Shown here: positions 1-8,484 of the stretch, piece by piece
Numbering within the stretch: the stretch's first letter is position 1
Layout of the letters: each line of letters begins with the position of its first letter
Source of the DNA: Candidatus Kaiserbacteria bacterium
GTDB taxonomy: Bacteria > Patescibacteriota > Minisyncoccia > Phycocordibacterales > Phycocordibacteraceae
Assembly (NCBI GenBank): GCA_016217905.1
Contig: JACRFL010000002.1
Span: forward strand, 18,817 to 82,816
DNA: 64,000 nucleotides
Direction: 5' to 3'
The notes under the pieces: model-generated
The model's database searches: none
What the model saw: only the letters and a program-made list of their open reading frames with translations
Told to the model about the DNA's origin: nothing
Program-made: the position numbers and the translations under genes

Positions 1-216
1 CGATTGTAGCCGAGTCCTTGCCAAGTTTTGAGCACCTCGGAGAGCGGCGCAGCGGCAAGCTTCTTGGCTGTTGAAAATTTCTTAATGAACTTTCTATAAA
101 ACGGTATCACGCGCTCTACTTGGGTCTGCTGCAGCATGATTTCTGAAACAAGTATTTGATACGGGTCATGCGTTTCCCTCCAGGGCAAGCTATGCCGTCC
201 GAATTTTTTATAATGC
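1..216 (-). CDS. mutY: A/G-specific adenine DNA glycosylase MutY-like, N-terminal part (partial; continues past window start). Start codon uncertain (ATG at 216 or upstream GTG).
   Basis: Minus-strand translation gives ...MHYKKFGRHSLPWRETHDPYQILVSEIMLQQTQVERVIPFYRKFIKKFSTAKKLAAAPLSEVLKTWQGLGYNR. This matches the conserved MutY N-terminus (LPWQ...VWLSEVMLQQTQV..VIPYF..F..FPT...LA.A....V...W.GLGYY). Not in the ORF track because it is truncated by the window edge. Confidence 0.55.
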
Positions 217-247
217 ATCCACACCACGCGCCGAAAATGCGGTATCG

Positions 248-901
248 TCATTTCGCCTTCGGCCAGCGGTTGGCGGCGGGTGGCCAGAGTTTCGTTAAGG
301 GATGCCCCGCGCACTCATGCCGCCGTGCGGAACACACGTAGCGCCCGTAGAGAACGAGGCCGTTATTGACATATTTCCAATCTTTTTTCGGTATGAGCGC
401 CTCAAGATCTTTCGAGATTTTTGTCAGATCATCATCCCGGTCGGTGAGATCGAAACGCTTGGCGAAACGCTTTACATGCGTATCGGTCGCGATGCCTTCC
501 CATACGCCGTAGAGCTCGCCAAGGATGACGTGCGCCGTTTTATAGCCGATGCCGGGAAGCGCGACGAGTTCCGCCTCCGTGCGCGGCACGGCTCCGCCGT
601 GCCGCGCCTCCACTTCCTTCGCCGCGGCGATAATCGCCTTTGCTTTGTTACGGAAGAACGGTATCGAGGAAATCTCTTTCGTAAATGCCGCCGTGCTCGC
701 CCTCGCAAAGTCGCGCGCCGTTTTGTATTTCTTAAAAAGCGTTGCGGTGAGTCGATTCACCGCCTTGTCGGTGCATTGCGCAGAGAGGATGACGGCGACG
801 ACGAATTGGAACGGTGTCTGGTATGTGAGCTCGCTCTCCGGAGAGGGGTATGTCCTCTTCAAATACGCGACGATTTTTTTCGCGCGCTCCTTGCGATTCA
901 T
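248..901 (-). CDS. nth: Endonuclease III-like HhH-GPD DNA glycosylase
   Basis: HhH motif LPGIGYKTAHVIL and a GPD-type fold with the catalytic Lys/Asp region. The C-terminus keeps only C-x6-C of the usual C-x6-C-x2-C-x5-C FeS cluster. Confidence 0.8.
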   Translation of the reverse strand: MNRKERAKKIVAYLKRTYPSPESELTYQTPFQFVVAVILSAQCTDKAVNRLTATLFKKYKTARDFARASTAAFTKEISSIPFFRNKAKAIIAAAKEVEARHGGAVPRTEAELVALPGIGYKTAHVILGELYGVWEGIATDTHVKRFAKRFDLTDRDDDLTKISKDLEALIPKKDWKYVNNGLVLYGRYVCSARRHECAGHPLTKLWPPAANRWPKAK

Positions 902-2067
902 AACACCTTGCTCGTATGCTCTTCGCGCGGGAATGCGAAGTTAAAAAAGAGCTGCAGGAGCACGCCGATGGAAAAAACGGTGAGGAGAAGCACGGCGAAA
1001 GATCCGACCGCCGGCACGAGCGTTATGAGTGAGAACGCGAGCATCCCGAGCACGCCATCATGCCACAGCATCGCGCTGCGGTGCGCGAAGCGGTGCGCGA
1101 ACAAGCCACCGAGGAGGATGCCGGCGTACATGACCGCAAGAACCGTCATGAGGACGTAGAGGACGAACAGGAGGAGCGCGAGACCCATGCCGACGAACGT
1201 GAACGAAAGCAGCATGAGCAGGATCGGCGTGGCAGCGAGAATAGCGAAACCGAGCAGCATGGAGAGGAGGATGCTTCGGGGGCGCGCCGCATAGGCGCGT
1301 TCCACGACCGCTTCCGCGAGCCTCGGGAACAGGCCGGTGAGGAGCCCGGCGAGGATGAGGGCGCCGAGAATGCGCACGAAAAGGAAGAAGCCGATGCTCA
1401 CGAGCGCGAGGATACGCGAAGTGCCGGCGCCCGGCAGATAGGACGCGCTTGTGTACTCAACGCCGCCGGCGAGCGTCGCCGACTCGGGAATCACCGCCGG
1501 CTCGGGGGCTTCATAGGAAAGCGTGCCGCGGACCGTCGTGCTCGCCGAAAGCGTCACGCGGCCGCTCGCGACGACTCGCACGGGACCCGCGAAATCACCG
1601 CCAAGCAGGATGTCGTTGCCGTATACGGTGACCGGACCCGCCGCTCCGTCTGTTAGAGCGACATCGACGGCGGCGACAAAAACGCTTCCGTCGGCACTGC
1701 CGGAATCGCGTACGGAAACGCCGAGGGCGACCAGGTCGCCTCCTACGGGTTCCAGGACGGCGATGCTCCCGCCCAGAACCTTAAGGTCGCCCCCGACGCG
1801 CGCGCGCGAACTTAGGGAACCGGCGAGAAGAGATACATCGCCCCGCACCGGAGACGCGACGACGATCGAGCCGGCGACCGCCGTGAGGTCGCCCTGCACC
1901 GGCGCCGTGGTGACGACAGAAACGCCGCCTGCGTACGCGTTCCCGGGCGAGGAACTCGCGACGAGGAGCGAGCGGGCCGCTGAAAAAGACGCGGGCGCGC
2001 GCGAGGCGAACGCGGCCGCCGGCAGAATAAGGAGGAGGATAAGCGCGGCGAGAAGCGAGCGGCGCAT
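898..2067 (-). CDS. Hypothetical exported/membrane protein: signal peptide, Gly/Asp/Val-rich beta-helix-like (bactofilin-like) repeats, C-terminal polytopic membrane domain
   Basis: N-terminal MRRSLLAALILLLILPAAAFA signal. Repeats of GGDL/VxxGxV. About 170 aa of hydrophobic C-terminal helices. Its stop overlaps the nth start (ATGA). Confidence 0.55.
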   Translation of the reverse strand: MRRSLLAALILLLILPAAAFASRAPASFSAARSLLVASSSPGNAYAGGVSVVTTAPVQGDLTAVAGSIVVASPVRGDVSLLAGSLSSRARVGGDLKVLGGSIAVLEPVGGDLVALGVSVRDSGSADGSVFVAAVDVALTDGAAGPVTVYGNDILLGGDFAGPVRVVASGRVTLSASTTVRGTLSYEAPEPAVIPESATLAGGVEYTSASYLPGAGTSRILALVSIGFFLFVRILGALILAGLLTGLFPRLAEAVVERAYAARPRSILLSMLLGFAILAATPILLMLLSFTFVGMGLALLLFVLYVLMTVLAVMYAGILLGGLFAHRFAHRSAMLWHDGVLGMLAFSLITLVPAVGSFAVLLLTVFSIGVLLQLFFNFAFPREEHTSKVL

Positions 2068-2072
2068 GGCAA

Positions 2073-2576
2073 CTAGGCTGCCGGAGGCATCGAGAGACTG
2101 CGCGGCGGAGTGGACGGTTCGACGGGGCGGGGCTCCCGCGGCGCGGGTCGCCCGTTTCTGCGTATCGGCTCAAGCAGGATTGCGCACGCGAAAATGAGGA
2201 GCGTGATGAGGGCCGAGACGGAGCAATAGACGCAAAACTCGCGTATCACGAATGCCTGGACGACTACGAAGTACGCCGAGGCGGCGACGCCGACGGCCGA
2301 TGCCGCTTGAAGAGTCCGGCGCACGCGGCGATCGGGGGCGACGATTTCAAGCGCGGCGAGAACGAAGAGGGCGGCGTAAAAAAGGACGCCGAGTTCGGCA
2401 ACGGGGATGTTGAATATGCGCGCATACTGGCTCGTGACCACACTGTTGCAGCCTGAAAGGCTTTGGGCACTGCAGATGAGCGGCGTTCCGTTCAATTCAT
2501 TCTGCGTAAGGTAGAAGGCGTCCGCGAGCCCGGAAAAAGCCAGGAAGAGAAGGGCGATAACGGCCGCTCGTTTCAT
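2073..2576 (-). CDS. Vitamin K epoxide reductase (VKOR)-family thiol-disulfide oxidoreductase
   Basis: 4-TM protein with a loop Cys pair (CSAQSLSGC) and an intramembrane CVYC (CxxC) active site. Start chosen at the internal MKRAAVIALLFLAF. Confidence 0.7.
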   Translation of the reverse strand: MKRAAVIALLFLAFSGLADAFYLTQNELNGTPLICSAQSLSGCNSVVTSQYARIFNIPVAELGVLFYAALFVLAALEIVAPDRRVRRTLQAASAVGVAASAYFVVVQAFVIREFCVYCSVSALITLLIFACAILLEPIRRNGRPAPREPRPVEPSTPPRSLSMPPAA

Positions 2577-2619
2577 GGCCCCAGGATACGCGCTTTGTCG
2601 CATCCGCGCAAATTGCGCG

Positions 2620-3567
2620 ATGCCGAAACGAGCGTCGGGGACGCAGTATAATACCGCAGTGGACAAGAAACTGATTCGTGCGGCAGTCGCCCTAATTCTC
2701 GCGCTTGCGGCGGGCGGCGCAGGGTACACTCTGGGCGGCTCCCCGAAGGAGAGCGTCGATATTTCGGCGCAAACCGTCTCGGCGCCGGCGGCTGGCTCGA
2801 CCCGTGTTCTCTACAGCCTCGATCAGAAACGGAACGACGAGGAGATCATCGCGCTCATCGACAGTGCGGAGAAGTACGTCTATTTTGCAATCTACACCTT
2901 TACGCTCCCGAATGTCGCCGACGCGCTCGTCGCCGCGAAAAAACGTGGCGTTGAGGTGCGGGGGGTTATGGATTCCGAACAGAGCAGTAATAGCTATGGC
3001 GCCCCCCTTACCGAGAAACTGCGGGCTGCCGGCATTCCAGTCGTGGTCGAGAAGCACGCGACAGGAAACGGCATCATGCATATCAAGCTCCTAGTAACCG
3101 AACGCGCGTATGCGACCGGCAGTTACAACTGGACGAAATCCGCGACGACCATCAACGACGAGGTCCTTGAGATCGGCACCGATCCGGCGCTTCGCCAAGC
3201 GTACGAAAATATCCTGAAACGGCTCCTCGACGCCTACCGAGGAAACAGCGCGGCCGCGGGAGCGGCCGCGAATGTTTCTATCGGCACCATCGACTATGCA
3301 CAGGCCTCTGCGCACATCGGCGAATACGCTTCCGTGAAGGGAGCGCTCGTCAAGGCCTATACGTCCAAAAGCGGAACGGTCTTCCTCGACTTCTGCACAA
3401 GCTACAAGACCTGCCCGTTCTCGGGCGTCATCTTCGCCGACGATGCGCGGAAGTTCGGCGACCTCTCCCGCTACGAGGGGTCCACCGTCACCCTCACCGG
3501 CAAGATTTCCTCCTACCAAGGCAAAGCCGAAATCGTCCTCTCTTCTCCGAGCCAGCTTTCGCCATAG
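2620..3567 (+). CDS. Secreted phospholipase D-family (Nuc-like) nuclease with a C-terminal OB-fold-like domain
   Basis: N-terminal TM/signal region. HKD motif HIKLLVTERAYATGSYNWTKSA (HxK...GSxN). C-terminal about 100 aa beta-rich domain (SVKGALVKAYTSKSGTVFLDFC...GKAEIVL). Confidence 0.7.
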   Translation: MPKRASGTQYNTAVDKKLIRAAVALILALAAGGAGYTLGGSPKESVDISAQTVSAPAAGSTRVLYSLDQKRNDEEIIALIDSAEKYVYFAIYTFTLPNVADALVAAKKRGVEVRGVMDSEQSSNSYGAPLTEKLRAAGIPVVVEKHATGNGIMHIKLLVTERAYATGSYNWTKSATTINDEVLEIGTDPALRQAYENILKRLLDAYRGNSAAAGAAANVSIGTIDYAQASAHIGEYASVKGALVKAYTSKSGTVFLDFCTSYKTCPFSGVIFADDARKFGDLSRYEGSTVTLTGKISSYQGKAEIVLSSPSQLSP

Positions 3568-3612
3568 CGTTGCGTATTCTGCTTTTTTTATGCTATATTC
3601 TGACTACTTCCA

Positions 3613-4206
3613 GTGGCTACCGATCGACTTCGCATCAATAACGAAATCCGCGCGCAGGAGCTGCGTGTCGTTGGCGCTCAAGGAGAGAATCTGGGAATTC
3701 TCGCGCTTGATGCGGCCTTGGCGGCCGCAAAGCAGGCGGGACTCGACCTTATCGAGATCTCGCCCTCGGCCGTCCCGCCCGTTGCGAAGATCATGGATTA
3801 TGGTAAATTCGAGTACGAGCGAAGTAAGAAGGAGAAGGTAGCAAAGGCCAAGGTCAAGATATCCGAGACTAAGGAGGTCCAGATCAAGGTCGGTACCGGC
3901 GACAACGACATGGCCCTGAAGGCGAAAAAGGCCGCCGAGTGGCTCGCCGAGGGGCACCGGGTGCGCGCCGAGCTATTTCTCAAAGGCCGCTATAAGAGCA
4001 TGGAGGAGGCGTTCCTCAAGGAACGTCTTGAGAGATTCCTCAAGATAATTCCCTACGCCTATAAGGTCGCCGAGCCAATCGCGCGGAGTCCGAAGGGCTT
4101 CGCCGGAGTTATCGAACGCGATCTGGTCGCCCAGGCAAAACGGGAGAAAGAAAAACTTCACAATGAAAACCATTCGATAAACTCAGGGCAAGCCAATAAA
4201 TCATGA
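3613..4206 (+). CDS. infC: Translation initiation factor IF-3
   Basis: INNEIRAQELRVVG...GENLGIL...AKQAGLDLIEISP...VAKIMDYGKFEYE. The ORF track M corresponds to a GTG at 3613. Confidence 0.85.
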   Translation: MATDRLRINNEIRAQELRVVGAQGENLGILALDAALAAAKQAGLDLIEISPSAVPPVAKIMDYGKFEYERSKKEKVAKAKVKISETKEVQIKVGTGDNDMALKAKKAAEWLAEGHRVRAELFLKGRYKSMEEAFLKERLERFLKIIPYAYKVAEPIARSPKGFAGVIERDLVAQAKREKEKLHNENHSINSGQANKS

Positions 4207-4397
4207 AAACCAATAAATCATATTCAAAAAGGATTCGCGTCACCCGCAACGGGAAGCTTGTTGCGCGCGCAAAGGGCCAGAACCATTTCAACGCGAAGCA
4301 GAGCGGCGGACAGCGACGCGCCAAACGCCGCTCCGTCACGCTCAATCTCTCAGCCAAGGTGCGCGCCCGCTTTCTCCCCGGCACCGGCGCCAAGTAA
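4203..4397 (+). CDS. rpmI: 50S ribosomal protein L35
   Basis: MKTNKSYSKRIRVTRNGKLVARAKGQNHFNAK; follows infC. Confidence 0.9.
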   Translation: MKTNKSYSKRIRVTRNGKLVARAKGQNHFNAKQSGGQRRAKRRSVTLNLSAKVRARFLPGTGAK

Positions 4398-4418
4398 TTC
4401 CCTACTAACTTTTTATTT

Positions 4419-4766
4419 ATGACCAGAATCAAAGGTGGAGTGCACGCCAATAAGCGCCGCAAGAACGTTCTCGAGCGAGCCAAGGGATACCGCGGCGTCC
4501 GTTCCAAGAAAGAGCGATATGCGCATGAAGCGCTGATGCGTGCCGGTCGCTACGCCTTCGCCCACCGTCGCGACAAGAAGACCGACTTCCGCCAGCTCTG
4601 GATCGTCCGGCTCAACGCCGCCGTCCGCGAGAACGGCCACAAGTCCTACAGTACGTTCATTGCGAAATTCAAGAAGAACGGCTTCCAGCTCGACCGCAAG
4701 GTCCTCGCCCAGTTCGCCTCAGAACACCCTGAGGTCTTCGCACGTATCGCGAGGCAGGTTATCTAA
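4419..4766 (+). CDS. rplT: 50S ribosomal protein L20
   Basis: MTRIKGGVHANKRRKNVLERAKGYRG...; infC-rpmI-rplT operon. Confidence 0.95.
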   Translation: MTRIKGGVHANKRRKNVLERAKGYRGVRSKKERYAHEALMRAGRYAFAHRRDKKTDFRQLWIVRLNAAVRENGHKSYSTFIAKFKKNGFQLDRKVLAQFASEHPEVFARIARQVI

Positions 4767-4799
4767 ACGAAAGCCGCTCCAAAAAGAGTGACTTTCGTT

Positions 4800-6191
4800 T
4801 CAAATCTTCTTTACCGAATCTTTCGTGATTTCCCACGTCTGACCGTAGTCGGGAACGATTGCGTTCCCGCCCAAGTAGTCGTGAATGCGCTGGGCGAGGA
4901 AGCGCTCCTCGGCGGGTTCGCCGATGGCGGTAAAGATGGCTTTCGTACGCCTCTCTGCAAGCGCCGCTTCGGCAAACTGGAGGAGTCCGTCGCGATCGGC
5001 GTGCGCCGACCAGCCCTCGAGCACCTCCACCTTCGCGTGCGCAACCACCTCTGCTCCGTTTATGCGTACCGTCTTCGCGCCCTCCTGGATGCGCCGCCCG
5101 GGGCTCCCGGGGGCCTGGTAGCCGACGATGATAAGCGTGGTCGCCGGGTCGGACAGGTACTGCGTCTCCCAGCGCCCGATGCGGCCGCCGTGGCTCATCC
5201 CCGCGCCAGCGATGATTATTTTCGGGTTCGGCGCCTTCTCTATCGACGCCGACTCTAAGCGTGAATTTGTCTTTGTGAGGAACGGGAATTCAAAAATGCT
5301 CCCTTCCCGCTTCATTTCATCCTCGGTCTCCGGCTTGAAATAGGTCATTCCCCACTTCTCGTAGACCTCCGTTACATGGATTGCAAGCGGCGAATCGAGA
5401 AAGACCGGAATCTGCGGAAGACTGTCTTCCGCAAAAAAGTTGGAGAGCTCGTAGAGCATGAGCTGGGTGCGCTCAAGCGAGAACGCAGGGATGAGGATCG
5501 TGCCGCCGCGGGCTATCGCGCGCACAAGCGTATCGCGCAGCGTCGCAACGCGCGCGCTCGACGGCGGGTGGATCCGATTGCCGTAGACGCTTTCCATCAC
5601 GAGCGCGTCCGCATCCTCTACCGGTTCCCAGTCAGGAAGAAGCGGCGAAGGCGAGTTGCCGATGTCGCCCGTAAGCGCGACGGCGACGCCCACCTCGTCT
5701 CTGATGCGCACGCTCGCGGAACCGAGGATGTGCCCGGTATTGCGCAGATACGCGGAGAGCCCGGGAGCGACCTCTTTTTCCGTATGGTACTCGAACGTTT
5801 CGATGAGCTTGAAGGTTTCCTCAACGTCTTTCTCCTCGTAGAGCGGTTCTCTGCCGCGGCGCGCGGCTTCCTCCGCGAGAATGCCGACGGAATCGCGCAA
5901 GATGAGTTCGGAAAGGTCCCTTGTCGGCGGCGTCATGTAAATTTTCCCGCCAAAGCTGTTCCGCACCAGCTTCGGGATACGGCCGACGTGGTCGAGATGC
6001 GCATGAGTCAGCACGAGCGCGTCGACCGTTTTCACATCGTACGGGAACGGCCCGTACACGCACTCCTCGCATAGGTGAGCACCCTGTTCGATGCCGCAAT
6101 CGACGAGAACTTTCCCGCGTGATCCCTCAATTAAAAAATTGGAACCGGTCACCTTCCCCGCTCCGCCGTAGAAACTAAGTCTGAGTGACAT
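4800..6191 (-). CDS. MBL-fold / beta-CASP family ribonuclease (RNase J/CPSF-like RNA-metabolising hydrolase)
   Basis: HAHLDH metal-binding motif. GG.GKVTGSNFLIE...VLVDCG N-terminus, plus beta-CASP region motifs. Confidence 0.75.
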   Translation of the reverse strand: MSLRLSFYGGAGKVTGSNFLIEGSRGKVLVDCGIEQGAHLCEECVYGPFPYDVKTVDALVLTHAHLDHVGRIPKLVRNSFGGKIYMTPPTRDLSELILRDSVGILAEEAARRGREPLYEEKDVEETFKLIETFEYHTEKEVAPGLSAYLRNTGHILGSASVRIRDEVGVAVALTGDIGNSPSPLLPDWEPVEDADALVMESVYGNRIHPPSSARVATLRDTLVRAIARGGTILIPAFSLERTQLMLYELSNFFAEDSLPQIPVFLDSPLAIHVTEVYEKWGMTYFKPETEDEMKREGSIFEFPFLTKTNSRLESASIEKAPNPKIIIAGAGMSHGGRIGRWETQYLSDPATTLIIVGYQAPGSPGRRIQEGAKTVRINGAEVVAHAKVEVLEGWSAHADRDGLLQFAEAALAERRTKAIFTAIGEPAEERFLAQRIHDYLGGNAIVPDYGQTWEITKDSVKKI

Positions 6192-6507
6192 GCTTATTGT
6201 ATAGATTACTATACAACCGCTCGTTCGGCGAACACGCAGCTATGCGGCATTGCCGTGTGCTGCCGCCTCACTTCGCGGCTGTAACGCCAATCGCCCTGTT
6301 TCCGAAGAAACAGGGCGATTGGCGGAGCCGTTCCCTAGTGCAACTTAATCTTGCCAGGTGGGGTTCCTGCGCGATGGCGTAGGAACGAATAAACGCTCGC
6401 ATTGCTACCGACGACCCGGAACCCCGAGAATTCGGCAAGTTGCGTTTTTAAGAACAGCTCCAGCCCCTAGTATACTCCTGCCGCGCAAAAGGCAAGGGAA
6501 AACTGAA

Positions 6508-6531
6508 AACGCAGCGCATTGCGTGGCTTTT
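6508..6531 (-). terminator. Putative intrinsic terminator downstream of map::ndk
   Basis: Minus-strand hairpin ACGCA-ATGCGC-TGCGT followed by UUUUCAGUUUUCCC. Confidence 0.3.
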
Positions 6532-6532
6532 T

Positions 6533-7903
6533 CTAGTCGCCGTGGCGTTTGTAGCTTTGGATTTTCTTCCCTCCAAACCAGTGATCAATCTCGTGTGCGG
6601 CTTCTTCCGGCGTTTCTGAAGCGTGGAGAATATTCGCTACGGCGCGCTTCTCTGCATTCGCAACCGCCGGTGAATCGTTGGAGAAATCTCCGCGGATGGT
6701 ACCCATATCGGCCTGGTACGGCATCGTCGGTCCGCAAATCTTGCGCACCATGTCCACTGCGTGTGTCCCTTCAACTACCATCTTCACGAGAGGCGCAGAA
6801 AGCATATAGTCTACGAGCCACTTCCGAATCTCGGGACCGATCTCTTCCGGCACCGTGGTGCCGAAGTCCGCCATCGCATCGAATTGGTATTTTTCGTACG
6901 TTACGAGCGTCTTCTCGCCAAGACGCCTAATCCACGCCGCGTCCTTAGGATAGTGGTTATCAACCTCTTCAAATGACGGTTGAAACATCTCGAGCGCAAC
7001 GATCTTGAGATCACGCTGTTCAAAACGCTTTATAACTTCGCCGATGAGGCCTTTCTTCACGCCGTCCGGCTTGATCATTACGTATGTCTTCTCTTCTTTC
7101 GGATTCTTGTTGGCCATGGTTTGAAAAATAAAAGCGCCTGCGGCGGTTATGATACGCGCCCCGCCCTTCTCAAGCAAGATGGTGTGTTCGAAGTGGGCGC
7201 TCCTCGAGCCATCCTTGGTGCGGTAGGTATAGCCGTCGGGAGCTAGGACAACCGCCGCTTTGCCCGCGCTCGCGATGGGCTCGAGCGCGAGCACCATGCC
7301 CTCGGTGAGCAACTCGCCCTTACCCGGGCGGCCGAAGTTCGGAATGAACGGTTCTTCGTGTACGAGGTCGCCGACACCGTGCCCGCCGAGTTCTCTCACC
7401 ACGGTGAATCCCGCCCGCTCAATCTCCTCCTGTATCGCGTGGGAAACATCGCCCATATGATTCCCCGGGACGGCCGCGGCGATGCCCGCCGCAAGCGCGG
7501 CTTCGGTCGCGCGCATAAGCTTCTTGGACACTTCGTCCACCGTGCCCACCGGTACGGTAATCGCCGCGTCGACGACGACGCCCGCGTGGCGCAGGCCGAG
7601 ATCGAGGCCGACGATGTCGCCCTCCTTCAGCGTCTTGGCCGACTCATTCGGAATACCATGCACGACTTCATCGTTAATCGAGACGCACAGCGTCGCCGGA
7701 TACGACCGTCCCGCGCCCTCGGGCGTGTAGCCGAGGAAGCAGGGATCATCGCCTCCGTCGCGGATAAGCCGCTCCGCGAGGTCGTCGAGCTCTTCGGCGG
7801 AAACGCCGGGCGCCACCTTCGCGCGAAGCGCTTTCAACACGGCCGCGAGGCGCTTCCCCGCCTCAATGAGGCTCGCCCGTTCGGTGTCGTTTGCGATTGT
7901 CAT
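6533..7903 (-). CDS. map-ndk: In-frame fusion of methionine aminopeptidase type I (N-terminal about 262 aa, 7118..7903) with nucleoside diphosphate kinase (C-terminal 194 aa, 6533..7117; an internal ATG sits at 7117)
   Basis: MAP metal ligands are present (DIVGLDLG..D, HGVGDLVHE, EHTILL). A linker AAGAFIFQT is followed by MANKN...YVMIKPDGVKKGLIGEVIKRFE...GTIRGDF...NILHASE (NDK catalytic His motif). There is no stop codon between them. Confidence 0.8.
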   Translation of the reverse strand: MTIANDTERASLIEAGKRLAAVLKALRAKVAPGVSAEELDDLAERLIRDGGDDPCFLGYTPEGAGRSYPATLCVSINDEVVHGIPNESAKTLKEGDIVGLDLGLRHAGVVVDAAITVPVGTVDEVSKKLMRATEAALAAGIAAAVPGNHMGDVSHAIQEEIERAGFTVVRELGGHGVGDLVHEEPFIPNFGRPGKGELLTEGMVLALEPIASAGKAAVVLAPDGYTYRTKDGSRSAHFEHTILLEKGGARIITAAGAFIFQTMANKNPKEEKTYVMIKPDGVKKGLIGEVIKRFEQRDLKIVALEMFQPSFEEVDNHYPKDAAWIRRLGEKTLVTYEKYQFDAMADFGTTVPEEIGPEIRKWLVDYMLSAPLVKMVVEGTHAVDMVRKICGPTMPYQADMGTIRGDFSNDSPAVANAEKRAVANILHASETPEEAAHEIDHWFGGKKIQSYKRHGD

Positions 7904-8466
7904 GCGATCTTGAGCGCTGCGTTGATATCGGCGGCGATTTCCTCCGGCGTCTGCTCGCCGTTCACTTCGATAAGCATGCAGGATGTGCGGAACAGCTCGA
8001 TTGCCGGTTCGGTATATTCATAATATTCCTTCAACCGCTCATCAACGACCGCGTCGTCGGCGCGGCTCTCGATCTCTTTTCGAAGATCGAGACGCCGGCG
8101 GACCTCTTTGTCGGAAACCCGGATATTCACAATAATACCCTGCCGTCCGAGCCACGCGAGAGAGTCGATGACGAGCTCGGCCTCCGGTATCTTGCGATTG
8201 AATCCGTCGAAAATGATCCCTCGGTCATCGGGAATTGAAAAGAGGGACTTCAGATAGAGATACATCGCGAACCAATGTGGCTGGAGTTCTCCCGCGTCGT
8301 TTTCGGTTTTTACCTTACGCCCAACCGGCGTGTCCTCTTCTGCAATTTCGCGGAAGAGCTTCCCCGAGGAAAAAACCGTCCAGCCCGTCTTCTGCGAAAG
8401 CAGTTTCGCCTGTGTCCCCTTCCCGCACCCCGGCTTCCCTATAAAAAATATCGTGGGTGTGCCCAT
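7900..8466 (-). CDS. adk: Adenylate kinase (short form, no zinc lid)
   Basis: GKPGCGKGTQA P-loop, plus the G.LFRE and GFNR/DGFPR-type motifs. Confidence 0.9.
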   Translation of the reverse strand: MGTPTIFFIGKPGCGKGTQAKLLSQKTGWTVFSSGKLFREIAEEDTPVGRKVKTENDAGELQPHWFAMYLYLKSLFSIPDDRGIIFDGFNRKIPEAELVIDSLAWLGRQGIIVNIRVSDKEVRRRLDLRKEIESRADDAVVDERLKEYYEYTEPAIELFRTSCMLIEVNGEQTPEEIAADINAALKIA

Positions 8467-8484
8467 CCGCTCACTCTAGCATTT

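Noticed and set aside
1060-1656. Long antisense or overlapping ORFs on the strand opposite to real genes (for example 1060..1656, 8275..9177, 14086..15357, 37205..38020, 48444..50093, 55008..56915).
   Set aside because: High GC content produces long stop-free shadow frames. Each overlaps a gene with clear homology or motifs on the other strand, and the shadow frames have Arg/Ala/Gly-rich, low-complexity translations typical of antisense reading.
6350-6439. Possible SRP (4.5S) RNA, suggested by a GCCAGGU motif and a long helix.
   Set aside because: The conserved domain IV core (GGAAGGAAGCAGCCAAGGCAG with a GNRA/GGAA tetraloop) is not present. It is kept only as an unclassified structured element.
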